Below are positions 35,945 to 45,559 of a stretch of 64,000 bases of DNA, piece after piece. Both the position numbers and the translations under genes were made by a program. The notes beneath the pieces are model-generated. The model saw only the letters and a program-made list of their open reading frames with translations, was not told the origin of the DNA and made no database searches. Every line of letters begins with the position of its first letter. Position 1 is the first letter of the stretch. This DNA is from a virus: IMG/VR virus record IMGVR_UViG_3300025030_000060, positions 32,555-96,554 of that record. One strand, written 5' to 3'.

Positions 35945-37813
35945 TTAAATCCTGTCGTGGGTCATGAGGTTCAGAATCGTGTCATCATAATGCACTTTGA
36001 TCGGGGCCAGTGTCGCCGTTTCCTTTTTGGGTGCATTTTGCTTGTTCAGTGCCGATATGAGCTTTTCGGTCCCCATCAAAGTTGCAGTCAGGGGTGCAGT
36101 GCCCGCATCCTTCAGAGATGTCGGCTGGGACACCTCCTTGATTTGCGTCTTTGCCGGGACGATAGCCCCCCGCTCATATGCTGACTTGTTGCGCTGAACT
36201 TTGCCGGGATAGTTGACGGTCTCCAGCGGCATCGCTTGCCCCTTCGCCCCCCGTCCCGTTTTTAGGTAAGCGTCCATGTTTCCTTCGCCCCAGTTGTATG
36301 CCTGGAGCGCATGGGTTTCATTTCCGCCATATTTCTTCATGAGCCTGCCAAGGTGCGCGGTCCCACCTTTTATGTTTGCCTTCGGGTCGCGGCGGTCGGT
36401 AACGCCAAGGTCTCTTGCTGTTCGAGGCATGAGTTGCATAAGCCCCACAGCTCCGGCCTTCGACTTAGCATTAGGGTTTCCTTGGCTTTCCGTGCTGATT
36501 ACTCCCTTAATAAGGTTCGAATTCAGCCCGTTCTTTTTGCTGGATTTTTCTATTTGCTCACTGGCCGATTGCGGCAGTACGTCCCCGGTGACAGGGTTGT
36601 ACTCTAAGGGCTTTTTCCCCTGTTTGACCCTCTCCTTGTTCATGCTCTCAACATAGGCGACGCTCTTGCGGTTCACCGCCTGCTGGTCAGAGTTGTCGCT
36701 GACGCTTGGCAACCCCGTCTTCTTATACAGGTCGTTGATCGGGTTGCTTCCACCCATGAAGAGGGATTTCAGCGCAGACCCTCCAGCCAGCACGGCGGCT
36801 GCTCCCGCAAGTACCGTCCCGCTGGCGAGCACCCCCAGCACCGGACCTGCTTTTGCCAGGACCTTGGCCGCGATGCTCGCCCCAGGAATCTTGCTCAAGA
36901 GTTTGATTCCTGTTGCTCCGGTGATCCCCCCGCCGATGGCTTCGGCAATACCAGCCCCGGCACCGCCCCCCCCGCCGCCATGCCCTCCGCTCTCTATGGT
37001 CTGGATCAGTTCACGGTGCCGACGCTGTTCGGTTCCTTCGGTCGGCGCGGCGTTGCGTCCTGTGGCAAGTCGCGTCTTCCGGCCCAGGAACTTGAATGCT
37101 TTCCCTAACAGGGTCTTGTCGTCCTGAAGTTTTTCCTTCAGTTCGCCGACAGCGCCTTGCATCTCCTTAGCGGCCTCCCAAATCGGCCCGCCAACGGCCT
37201 TTCCTGCCGCATCCTCTATGTCTCCTCCTTTATCCTTCCCCTTACCAATGACGGCACCAATGGCGGCTTTGAACCATCCCTTCATCCCCTTGACAGGTTC
37301 TTGGCTCTGCTGCTTTTCCCTCTCCAGTTCCCCTGCCGATTTAAACCGTCCGTTTTTGGCGCGTTCGGGCTGATTGATGGCTGTTGTGGCGCGGGAAGTG
37401 GCCGCTCGTGCGGAGCGAGGCATGGCGGGGATAGGGGTGACAACTGGCGTAGGCACTACCGGTGTAGGGAGCACCGGAGAAGCGTTCCGGGTGACGGTCC
37501 TGGCTGTCGCCGCTTGCGCTATCCGGGCCGCGACCGCCGAAGGGCGCACGGAGACGGGGCCGGATGTCGCCTTCAGCCGCTCGGTGGATTGCCGCAGGGG
37601 CTTTTCGATCTTGGCGAAATCCCGCACGTACATGTGCGCGGCCTTGGTCCCCTTGGCGACAGTCAGGGCTCGTAGCAGGGTCGGCAGCACGGCGGTGTTG
37701 CGCTCGATTTTCTTGAGAAGGGGGCGGTTCTCGAACTTTTCGAGGATTTCGGAAAGAGCCTCTATCGGGTCCTTCTCTTCGGCCTTCTGGGTTTTGACGG
37801 TTTCTTCGAACAT
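35945..37813 (-). CDS. sit: Tape-measure/injection transglycosylase Sit
   Basis: SLT motifs ESQG, A.GLMQLMP.TA, AYN.G; GGP.W motif; position between pmgB and pmgA. Confidence 0.8.
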   Translation of the reverse strand: MFEETVKTQKAEEKDPIEALSEILEKFENRPLLKKIERNTAVLPTLLRALTVAKGTKAAHMYVRDFAKIEKPLRQSTERLKATSGPVSVRPSAVAARIAQAATARTVTRNASPVLPTPVVPTPVVTPIPAMPRSARAATSRATTAINQPERAKNGRFKSAGELEREKQQSQEPVKGMKGWFKAAIGAVIGKGKDKGGDIEDAAGKAVGGPIWEAAKEMQGAVGELKEKLQDDKTLLGKAFKFLGRKTRLATGRNAAPTEGTEQRRHRELIQTIESGGHGGGGGGAGAGIAEAIGGGITGATGIKLLSKIPGASIAAKVLAKAGPVLGVLASGTVLAGAAAVLAGGSALKSLFMGGSNPINDLYKKTGLPSVSDNSDQQAVNRKSVAYVESMNKERVKQGKKPLEYNPVTGDVLPQSASEQIEKSSKKNGLNSNLIKGVISTESQGNPNAKSKAGAVGLMQLMPRTARDLGVTDRRDPKANIKGGTAHLGRLMKKYGGNETHALQAYNWGEGNMDAYLKTGRGAKGQAMPLETVNYPGKVQRNKSAYERGAIVPAKTQIKEVSQPTSLKDAGTAPLTATLMGTEKLISALNKQNAPKKETATLAPIKVHYDDTILNLMTHDRI

Positions 37814-37819
37814 AGGCCC

Positions 37820-37984
37820 CTACTTTTTTAATCGTCGCAGCATGGAGTTATAGGAGGAAAGGACGTGGCTCTTTTCGGTCTGGAGCATGCTGCCCTTATC
37901 CTGATGCCAGAAAAAGCAGAGGTCGTTCAGGACGATGTGCCAGGACGCCTCAGTGTAGTCTTGGAATGTAGTCGCTATTCCGAA
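37820..37984 (-). CDS. Putative +1 frameshift extension of PmgB (G-T-like tail chaperone)
   Basis: 55-codon open +1 frame starting at ACC TTT CGG and filling the gap to sit. Confidence 0.55.
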   Translation of the reverse strand, partial: FGIATTFQDYTEASWHIVLNDLCFFWHQDKGSMLQTEKSHVLSSYNSMLRRLKK

Positions 37985-38804
37985 AGGTGACCCGGATTCG
38001 GGTCGTTGCCTCCTTGTCGTCCTTCTTTTTGGGGCACTGGTGCGGCGGGGTGATGAGAAAGACTTTGCCCCCCTCGTAAATCGAATTCAGCCCGTGCTCC
38101 ATCTCCAGCAGCTTCTCCACGACCAGTCCCGCAAACTGCTCAAACTTGCCGTAGGACATGGACATGAGCTTCTTGCGCTTTGCCGCCCGGAGTTCGGCGG
38201 CCTTGGCCTTTCCTTCCGCTTCGAGATCCTTCTTGCTCTTCAGCTTGTCGGCGATGCGGTTCGCCCAATTGCCGGGATCGGCAAAACTGACAGCCAGTTC
38301 AAACCGAGTGAAGCGCATAAGGGCGGCCTGTCTCTGGTACTCCCCGCTGTTCTCGTCCCCGATTTCATCCAGCACGAGTTGCATTTCTTCCAGCTCTTCC
38401 ATGCCGTAGCCATCCACTGGCCTTACGATGACCTTCTCGCCTTCCCATTCCAGTTCTCGCTCTGGTAGTCCCTGAATCGGCTTATAGGTCTCGTCCAGCT
38501 TGCGGTAGTCCTGAAGGAAGTGGTGCAGTTCCCCGCAGTGCTGACACTCGTAGGAGAGCGGGCCGTCCTTGTCGCCGGGGGTGTTGCTGTAGTACCAGTA
38601 CAGCGCATACCTGCGGTCTTCCGCCGTCCACGTCCGGCAGTCTACGAAACTTGCTTTATCTTGGACGGTGTTGAGGAAAAGGGTTGTCACCTCTTCCTCG
38701 TGGCCGACGCTCACCCCGGCAAAGTCCAGGGTTTCGGCGACGGTCGCCTCCCGCAGGGTGATCAGGGTGTCCGGTCTGGATGGCAGTGAAAAACGTGGCA
38801 GCAT
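37950..38804 (-). CDS. pmgB: Tail assembly chaperone PmgB
   Basis: F.LPS.P, WTA.DRR.AL.W, Y.C.HCG..H, FR..D.IP; precedes the tape measure. Confidence 0.8.
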   Translation of the reverse strand: MLPRFSLPSRPDTLITLREATVAETLDFAGVSVGHEEEVTTLFLNTVQDKASFVDCRTWTAEDRRYALYWYYSNTPGDKDGPLSYECQHCGELHHFLQDYRKLDETYKPIQGLPERELEWEGEKVIVRPVDGYGMEELEEMQLVLDEIGDENSGEYQRQAALMRFTRFELAVSFADPGNWANRIADKLKSKKDLEAEGKAKAAELRAAKRKKLMSMSYGKFEQFAGLVVEKLLEMEHGLNSIYEGGKVFLITPPHQCPKKKDDKEATTRIRVTFRNSDYIPRLH

Positions 38805-38810
38805 AGGCTT

Positions 38811-39680
38811 TTAACCTTTCATGAGCGTGTTGATGGTGGCGTACTTGGCGGCGAGGTCTTCGGCCCCTGCTGCAACGGCGATAAAGACGAATCCGGCGCT
38901 ATATAGCTCGGAGTCAGCAGGCGGTGCCCCGGCTTCTGCTTGGAGGCGGTCGAGGTACCCCCCCGCCCCAGGTGGCAGCATAATAGAGTAAACTCCTGTC
39001 GCTTGCAAGCCCGTCATGAAGTCCTGTGCCGCTGTCAAGCCTTTATCCAAAGCGGAGGTTATCTTCCCTACGTGGTTCGCTGTCGCCAGCAGTTCCTTAA
39101 CCCCTTTATTCAGGTCTGCCGACGCTGTGCCTATGCCGGACATGGCTCCGCCGAAAACATCCCCCAATTTAGCCGATTCCCATTGCCCTGAAGGGTAAAG
39201 AATATCCCAGTCTGGCAATTCGACGGGGGGGAAGTCTTCATAAACCGGGGCATCGGGCACGAAGTCGGAAAAGTCGGTTTGGTCTATGAATTTGTTCGCG
39301 TCGTCTATCGGCTTGAGCATCGCCGTCTTGACCTTGGCATAGGCGTTTGTGACGACGGCAGGATCAGCGGAGATAATAAGGTTTGCCGTCCCGGAACAGA
39401 AGCCGCTGTTGGGCGGCTCGTTTAATGCTCCGGCCAGTCTGGCGCTCCAAGAACCGACTTCTGGTGCGAGGGTTATCATGTAGAAGCCGGACTCTGCCAG
39501 CTTGTCGAGCATCGTCTTGTTGTCGGTCGCCGCGTCGAGCATGGCGGTCAGCCTGGACTGCATAGCTGCGGTCTGGCTGTTGAGTGCTGCGAGTGCTGTC
39601 TGTGCCGTGGCGATGGCTGCATTAGCCTTCGCGGTCATGCCTGCCACAGAATCGGCCAGTGTTGCGTTTAACCAAGCCAT
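38811..39680 (-). CDS. Hypothetical virion/baseplate-region protein with internal duplication
   Basis: Two copies of G.Y.I.L.P..G....RL.....PP; inserted between tub and pmgB. Confidence 0.7.
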   Translation of the reverse strand: MAWLNATLADSVAGMTAKANAAIATAQTALAALNSQTAAMQSRLTAMLDAATDNKTMLDKLAESGFYMITLAPEVGSWSARLAGALNEPPNSGFCSGTANLIISADPAVVTNAYAKVKTAMLKPIDDANKFIDQTDFSDFVPDAPVYEDFPPVELPDWDILYPSGQWESAKLGDVFGGAMSGIGTASADLNKGVKELLATANHVGKITSALDKGLTAAQDFMTGLQATGVYSIMLPPGAGGYLDRLQAEAGAPPADSELYSAGFVFIAVAAGAEDLAAKYATINTLMKG

Positions 39681-40201
39681 CAGGTCCCCCAAGAGCGGAA
39701 TTGCACCATCGTTACAGGCGTTTCAAGAAATCCATCTGCCTCTACCGACTCGGTGACGTCTCCGATCTTCGTTGGCAGCATGTACCACGTCTCAATGTCT
39801 TTAGGGTCGGAGAGAGATATTCGCTGAACCTTCTTCAGATATTGGGTCGGGAGGTTGAAGGTGCCGTTGGGGTTCGCTACCTTTGAAGCCCACTCGTCCC
39901 GGAACCACCGATAGAACGGACGGGTTTTGAAATCCCTGATCGTCATCGTCATAGTGACGGGTTCGGTGCCCACGGGGAAGGTCAGCGTGATCCCCCCGGC
40001 CTTTATCGCCTCAGTCTCGACGGTGATCGAGCCATAGGAGATATCCTTGACCAGCAAATCGAAGTCACTCACGCCATCGGTGCGCCTGGAGAGACTTTCG
40101 GGCATGCCGCTGATCTCTAGGCGGAACTCCCAAGGGTGTTGGAACGGGGCATGAACCAGCCGCCTGGAAATACGCTTCAGTCTGTTGAAGTCTTCGGCCA
40201 T
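39680..40201 (-). CDS. tub: Tube-like baseplate protein Tub
   Basis: W.F..E..G, KDISY, WF.....V.NPNGT.N.P.QYL motifs. Confidence 0.8.
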   Translation of the reverse strand: MAEDFNRLKRISRRLVHAPFQHPWEFRLEISGMPESLSRRTDGVSDFDLLVKDISYGSITVETEAIKAGGITLTFPVGTEPVTMTMTIRDFKTRPFYRWFRDEWASKVANPNGTFNLPTQYLKKVQRISLSDPKDIETWYMLPTKIGDVTESVEADGFLETPVTMVQFRSWGT

Positions 40202-40863
40202 TAGAATACCGCCGCTGAAGGGATGATGGCCGCCGACTCTTCCATGTCGGTCTCGATGAGGTCTTTGCGCTGCTTCAGTTCTTCATCGCTTGGAAGCTCG
40301 ACCTGCATGCCCGTGGTGCTGGCAACCTCACGAGACCTCTTGTTGTTCGGAATCTCCAAACGTATGTAGAGGTACTCATAAAGATACGATTGGACAAGCG
40401 GCGGTAGCTCTTCGCACTGCGCCAAGTCGATAAAGTAGAAGATCCTGAAGGGTTTCACGGCCTTGGTGCTCGCAACTCGGCCAGCCCCGTAAAAGCCGTT
40501 TCGGTTGCCGACTGTGAGCGCCACTTCCAGGGGGGAAAGCACGGGGGGGTCGACAGGGACCTGCCCCACGATCTGGAGTTTGTCCGTTGCGGCAACGGCG
40601 GGGTCTGTTTCGGTCTCGGGGATCGCTGCGGTTTTGACCCTTACCACGTCCTGCCAGCGCCCGTTGGCGTCCATAGCGGAAGCCACAGAGAGAAAATCAG
40701 CGGGGGTGTCCACGGTGCCATCACAGGTGATCTCGGTGAAAGGTCCCATCTTGGCCTGACAGACCCGGAGAACCTGCGCGAGAATGGACGCCTGCGCCTC
40801 CGGCGACAGAAGCATGACCTGAAATTGGGCGACGACTTGTTCTAGGAGGTCTTCGGCTGTCAA
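40201..40863 (-). CDS. pmgC: Head-tail adaptor PmgC
   Basis: MT...LLE.V...F start, IPN..R.R, L.QRK...E..M....AIIP end. Confidence 0.75.
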   Translation of the reverse strand: MTAEDLLEQVVAQFQVMLLSPEAQASILAQVLRVCQAKMGPFTEITCDGTVDTPADFLSVASAMDANGRWQDVVRVKTAAIPETETDPAVAATDKLQIVGQVPVDPPVLSPLEVALTVGNRNGFYGAGRVASTKAVKPFRIFYFIDLAQCEELPPLVQSYLYEYLYIRLEIPNNKRSREVASTTGMQVELPSDEELKQRKDLIETDMEESAAIIPSAAVF

Positions 40864-40900
40864 GGTGGCTCCTTGGGGATCATCAGAGTAGTTGTGAATG

Positions 40901-40930
40901 GCCGGTATGGCGGGAAAACACCATACCGGC
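40901..40930. other. 10-bp hairpin after the tail tube gene (mRNA stabiliser or weak terminator)
   Basis: GCCGGTATGG-N10-CCATACCGGC. Confidence 0.5.
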
Positions 40931-40946
40931 TACAGCAGGGAGGGGG

Positions 40947-41474
40947 TTACTTCCAACTCAAGGTTTCCTGGCCGTCGTCCAGCCAGCTTACCCAGTTGAC
41001 ATGCAGCGTCCCGGAGGGCTTCACCAGCACGGCACCGTCGTCAACGGAGAGGTCGGTCCCGTCGATCTCGATCCACGAATCCTCGTACGTGACGGTATTG
41101 TACGCATTGGATTGCGGCTGCGACTCGGAAATCTGAGCCAGTAGGCAGGTGATGTACTTTTTGTTCTTCACCCAGTCGATCAGGAACTCCCGTTCTTTGC
41201 CGGAAATGACCGACTTGAAGGTGATCGGCACGTCCACTGCGTTCTTGAAATTGCCCTGTTGGTTGAACATGACGCCATGCGGACCTTTGCCCTCGATCAT
41301 CTCCCGTGCCATGGCCGCAAGCTGGCTTGACTGAACCAAAAACTCAAGATCGTGATACGCCTTGAACGTCATGCGGAAGTCAGCGCCATTCGCACCCTCG
41401 CCAAGGGCAAGCATGTTTTTGTAACTCTGCTTCACGCGTGCGATGTTCTCTTTGTTGCCTGCGAGGTTCGACAT
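40947..41474 (-). CDS. bplB: Tail tube protein BplB
   Basis: LV.SSQ...M.RE..E..GP.GV.FNQ.G motif. Confidence 0.8.
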   Translation of the reverse strand: MSNLAGNKENIARVKQSYKNMLALGEGANGADFRMTFKAYHDLEFLVQSSQLAAMAREMIEGKGPHGVMFNQQGNFKNAVDVPITFKSVISGKEREFLIDWVKNKKYITCLLAQISESQPQSNAYNTVTYEDSWIEIDGTDLSVDDGAVLVKPSGTLHVNWVSWLDDGQETLSWK

Positions 41475-41484
41475 TTAAGTTCTC

Positions 41485-42063
41485 CTAAACGCGCCAGGTT
41501 CTGGGTATATCTGAGGCGTTGTACATGTTTTTGGTCTGGAGTGTGATGTTGACTTCCGCCTTCAGGAGGCGGCCTTCGCTGTCCTTTGGACCGTCGAGCG
41601 GAGATGGGATGCTCTCTATGACCATTTCGGTAAAAAGACTGACCCTTCCGATGTTCAAAGTCACGGTCTGCGGTATCCTCCCCCCAGGGGCCAAGGCTTT
41701 GACTTGTGGCGACGCCATGCTTTCGAGCGCAGCCAGTGCCTGCATAACCTCCTTGACGGGGTCGGTGAGCGCGTAGAAGATCAGAACGAGGTTGGCGCTT
41801 TCCGGTCTGTTGCCGTCCCAAATTTGTTCGCCGTTGATGTGGGATACGGAGGTGAGCCCCGTCATCTGCTGGACCAACCCCGCCGTTTTTTCATAGGCAC
41901 TGCCGACACTGGACTGCTCGAAGGGAGAGTTCCAATTCGACTGGAGCTGCCGGGATGTGCCGGGGCCGATAAGGCCGACTACGCCAGAATCTGAACCTGT
42001 CGGCTTGATCCACGCCTTCAGATACTCGCTTACTCGGTTATCGGCGTTCCCGACAAATCCCAT
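41485..42063 (-). CDS. pmgG: Tube initiator PmgG
   Basis: NW.SPF, GGRIP..VTLNIGR, LD.P.DS.G motifs. Confidence 0.8.
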   Translation of the reverse strand: MGFVGNADNRVSEYLKAWIKPTGSDSGVVGLIGPGTSRQLQSNWNSPFEQSSVGSAYEKTAGLVQQMTGLTSVSHINGEQIWDGNRPESANLVLIFYALTDPVKEVMQALAALESMASPQVKALAPGGRIPQTVTLNIGRVSLFTEMVIESIPSPLDGPKDSEGRLLKAEVNITLQTKNMYNASDIPRTWRV

Positions 42064-42066
42064 TTG

Positions 42067-42747
42067 CTACATCCCTCTCTGCTTTCTGATCTTCATCGAC
42101 TTGGCGCGGTGGACCTTCGCCGCCCCGGTGAAGGCCCTCATGCGGGCTTTCTTCAAGCCCGCCCGCTGGATCGCGGTGATCTTCTTCGGCCTGCCGATGC
42201 GCTTGCGCTTCAGCACGACTTTGCCGGATCGGACGACCTTGACGATGGACTCCAGAACCATGTCGCCGCCGACCGCGTAGTTGGCGATGATCTCGTCGTC
42301 GTCCATGGTCGTGCCACTCATCTTCTCGGAGAGGAACGCCCCGAGGGTCGCCCCTGCGGCGTCGTCTTCGTCGTCAACGAAGGATGCGACGTTGCCGGAG
42401 TCGGCACCCAGGGAGATGAAAGCGTCGGCCACGCCCTGGAGCAGTTCGTTCAGGAAGTCCTGCTCGTCGTCGGAGATGTCCTGATCCTCATCGGCATCGG
42501 CCATCAGGAAAGCGCCCGCTTCGAGAGCGGCATAACTGAAGTCGCCTCCCTCGACAAACGCCAGAGCAAGAGCCATTGCCGCGCTACGGGTCTGACTCCC
42601 CGAAAAGTCCCCCATCAGGGAGTTGTCGGGCGCGGCGGCTTCAAGAATGGTCGTTCCCGGTCTCAGTGCCATCGACCCTACCCCCAGGAAGGATTCCTCT
42701 TCGTGCGGCTGGTGTGCGTAATAGTTGAATTCTGCGCGTTCGCTCAT
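42067..42747 (-). CDS. gp21: P1 gp21-like protein (acidic N-half, basic C-tail; prohead-core-like)
   Basis: KKAR.RA.TGAAK..R.KSMK.R tail; two ILE/VLE motifs. Confidence 0.7.
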   Translation of the reverse strand: MSERAEFNYYAHQPHEEESFLGVGSMALRPGTTILEAAAPDNSLMGDFSGSQTRSAAMALALAFVEGGDFSYAALEAGAFLMADADEDQDISDDEQDFLNELLQGVADAFISLGADSGNVASFVDDEDDAAGATLGAFLSEKMSGTTMDDDEIIANYAVGGDMVLESIVKVVRSGKVVLKRKRIGRPKKITAIQRAGLKKARMRAFTGAAKVHRAKSMKIRKQRGM

Positions 42748-42783
42748 CTTATCTATCCTCCTGCGGGAAGGTCATGGGTTGGC

Positions 42784-43257
42784 TTAGACTGCTGCGGGCA
42801 GCACGATGGTGGAAACCGATATGGCCCCGGTACCTGCGCCCACGGCAGCGGTCAGGGTGACAAGCAGCGCCTTGGCTGCCGTTAAGGTCCCGGCGAGGAC
42901 GAAGACCGAACCGGCTGCCGCATCCACGAGCAGGGTATTCGCCGCGAACTTGTTGGCAGTGTCCGTCTCTCCGACGATGACTACCGGTTGATTGCCGCCA
43001 GCGTCCGCGAACGCTTCGGTGACGGTGATGATGATGAGCGCCACGCGGGCGTCGTCGGCGTCGGCGGCGAGCAGGGTTTTGGCTCCGTTGTCGGTCTTGA
43101 TGTAGGCGGCGGAAGCCCCCAGGCCAGCAGTCAGCAGCAGGGCAACTCCGGCACTGTTCATATCCATGATCCCCTGCATCTCCACGACCGCCGAATTCAG
43201 TTCTGCGACGTCAAGAGGGTAGGGAAGTGCGTTGCCTCCGGTAATCAGTTTTTCCAT
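42784..43257 (-). CDS. Putative capsid decoration protein
   Basis: Beta-rich V.EAF......V.VG pattern; inserted in the structural operon. Confidence 0.5.
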   Translation of the reverse strand: MEKLITGGNALPYPLDVAELNSAVVEMQGIMDMNSAGVALLLTAGLGASAAYIKTDNGAKTLLAADADDARVALIIITVTEAFADAGGNQPVVIVGETDTANKFAANTLLVDAAAGSVFVLAGTLTAAKALLVTLTAAVGAGTGAISVSTIVLPAAV

Positions 43258-43296
43258 TGTCCTTCTCCTTTAAAGTTGAATTCGTGTTTTACACGG

Positions 43297-45006
43297 TTAT
43301 TTGATGTAGCGCGGCTGACCGGCGATTCTGCGGGCGCTGCCGGTGGGGCAGATGTACCACGTTACCAGCCAAAGGTCTATCTCGATCTGCTCCACGGTGA
43401 GGACGTACTCCTTGTCGCCGTCTTCGGGGTCGCGGGGTTTCACGAGCGCCCCGGAAGTGACCATCTCGTCAAGAATCTCCTTGGTCATGGATGTCAGGCC
43501 GGAGAAGGTAAGTCCGTCCGGTTCAAACTTCAGTGCTGCGGCTCCCTGGTAGAACCTGTGGGCGATGTAGTTGTCGATGTCCACAACCCAGGCAAACCGG
43601 CTGTAGTCCTCTTTGAAGTACAGGGAAAGGTCGTCGTCTATGACCGCCCCTCCAGATCCCCCCGCGACTACCGGATTGATCCTCGCGCTGTAAAGCGCAT
43701 CCCGGTCGGGCGCGTCTTCCTCGTGCAGGGGCTTCACACCCGTGCGGGTGAGCATGGCGCGATTCGCACCTGCCGCTGCGAAGTGGACACCCGGAGTCGA
43801 CCCGGAGAAGATCGCTTCCCCCCGGCACTTGGCCGCTACCTTGTCGCCGGAAACACCCCATACCATCGGCCCGCCATAGGTCGGGTCGTTGGCTTCGAAC
43901 GGCGAGTAGGTGACGCGGGCATTGCGGCTGGCAAGCCCTGTGCCTTTCAACCACTCGATTGCTTGAGCGGAGGTGAGTGCCGGGGATACGTCGAAGTAGC
44001 AGGCGGACCGCCTTTTGTCGGCAACGTCGATCATGTTGGCGAGTGCATCGGCGTCGTAGAGCCCCGCAGCAAACATGTGGTTCGCTGCGAAGGTCTCGTT
44101 CCTGAACAGGTCCCAGGCTGCATTCCAGTCGGCGGTGACGGGCTCGCCGCCGTTGGTGCCACCGGTGAACGTGGTCTTGGTGATCCCTTTCAGACCGGTG
44201 AGAACCGTAGCCCATGTCTCGTCCTCATCGAAGTTCGCCCTGAAGCGCGTGGACTGCTGCTCAAGAACGGTTTCGATATAGGCCGGGAGCCCCATGTCAT
44301 CCCTGTCGAAGGGGTCCACGCCGACAAGGTAGGTTTCAAGCAGGTACTCGGTGCCGTCCTTGTCCTCGTCGTAGAAGTTGATGGTGAATCGCTCATCGTA
44401 CTGGCCGTCGTAGACTTTCCAGCGGACGGTCGGGATTGCCAAGGTCGGGTCGGCATCGGTGGCAATGTGCGCGGCGATGCAGATCAGGCGTCCCCCAGCG
44501 ACTGTGACGATATCGTTGACCGCGTAGACCACTGCGGTATCGTATGCGCCCTTGTCCGTCACCACATTGGCAACCTCGAAGGAACGGTTGACGGAGGGGT
44601 CGCCGTCCACCGGCCAAACCTGGAGAAAATTGCCCGCCCCGATGGACAATACGGTGTTGTGGGTATTGGCCGCCGTGGTGTCCGCCCCGTCAACCGTAGC
44701 GAAAGCCAGCGACGGGAACCGGTAATCCTCGTTGACGACCCGGACCACGTTGCAGTAAAGCAGTTCTTTTAGCGCGTCGTTGACGTGCCGGAGCCCTTCG
44801 GCCCCTGCCGCTTTCTTGGGGAGCGCCTTGCCGAACAATTTTTCCAGGGTAGATGCCAGCGTGCGAATGACCGTGAAGGGCTTCCCCTTGCTCGCCATTA
44901 CAGCCGATGCTCCGTTGGAGATAGGCCCGCCCCCTGTTTTCGTGGTCGCGCTGGCATCGGTACGCAGAATGGTGATGTCTGCGGCATTGGTTATGACTTG
45001 CTTCAT
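43297..45006 (-). CDS. gp22: Tail sheath protein (P1 gp22-like) with CBM5/12-like insertion
   Basis: ARINPV....G..IDD.L, K.EPDG.T...L, GALV.PRDP.DG, CPTG.ARRI.G.P. Confidence 0.88.
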   Translation of the reverse strand: MKQVITNAADITILRTDASATTKTGGGPISNGASAVMASKGKPFTVIRTLASTLEKLFGKALPKKAAGAEGLRHVNDALKELLYCNVVRVVNEDYRFPSLAFATVDGADTTAANTHNTVLSIGAGNFLQVWPVDGDPSVNRSFEVANVVTDKGAYDTAVVYAVNDIVTVAGGRLICIAAHIATDADPTLAIPTVRWKVYDGQYDERFTINFYDEDKDGTEYLLETYLVGVDPFDRDDMGLPAYIETVLEQQSTRFRANFDEDETWATVLTGLKGITKTTFTGGTNGGEPVTADWNAAWDLFRNETFAANHMFAAGLYDADALANMIDVADKRRSACYFDVSPALTSAQAIEWLKGTGLASRNARVTYSPFEANDPTYGGPMVWGVSGDKVAAKCRGEAIFSGSTPGVHFAAAGANRAMLTRTGVKPLHEEDAPDRDALYSARINPVVAGGSGGAVIDDDLSLYFKEDYSRFAWVVDIDNYIAHRFYQGAAALKFEPDGLTFSGLTSMTKEILDEMVTSGALVKPRDPEDGDKEYVLTVEQIEIDLWLVTWYICPTGSARRIAGQPRYIK

Positions 45007-45491
45007 TTCTTGCCTCCGGGAGTTTTGGCAGGCTTATCAGCTTTCTTCGCCGGGATCAGGTTGCCGCCGCCCTTTTTGGCCGGTTTGGGTGTTTCCGGTG
45101 CCGCCTGCTGTGCCGGTACTTCGGCAACTTCGGCAACGATGGGGGCCTCTTCGACGGCGGGGGCATCCGAGAGCAGCCCGATGGAGCGCAGATGCTGTTC
45201 GATGGTGATGCTCGGCGCTTCGGTCTCCTGATCGTCCACGTTGATATCCAGAACCGTCTTGTCCGTGATGGTCGCCGCGACGCTTGAGGCTGCCGGGGCT
45301 GGCCCCGCATCAGCCGCATCTTTCACCATCACTACGGCGGGATGGTGCGTGCGGAGATAGCGTTCCACGTTGTCCACAAGCGAATCCGGGACCAGCAGCG
45401 TGGTTTCTTTATTGCCGGGGAGGTCCAGTTCGAACCGCGAGTAAAGCCGACGTAGCCTGCTGCAACTGTTGTTGGTGAAAGCGACCTTCAT
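45003..45491 (-). CDS. Hypothetical protein (Ala/Pro/Lys-rich tail)
   Basis: AGGAG RBS; between capsid and sheath genes. Confidence 0.7.
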   Translation of the reverse strand: MKVAFTNNSCSRLRRLYSRFELDLPGNKETTLLVPDSLVDNVERYLRTHHPAVVMVKDAADAGPAPAASSVAATITDKTVLDINVDDQETEAPSITIEQHLRSIGLLSDAPAVEEAPIVAEVAEVPAQQAAPETPKPAKKGGGNLIPAKKADKPAKTPGGKK

Positions 45492-45503
45492 GGAAGCTCC
45501 TTT

Positions 45504-45535
45504 AAAGAGAGGGCGGCCCTTTCAGACCGCCCCTT
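45504..45535 (-). terminator. Terminator after the major capsid gene
   Basis: GGGCGG/CCGCCC stem followed by TCTCTTT. Confidence 0.6.
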
Positions 45536-45559
45536 CATTGTCCCGTTCCCGTGCCACGC

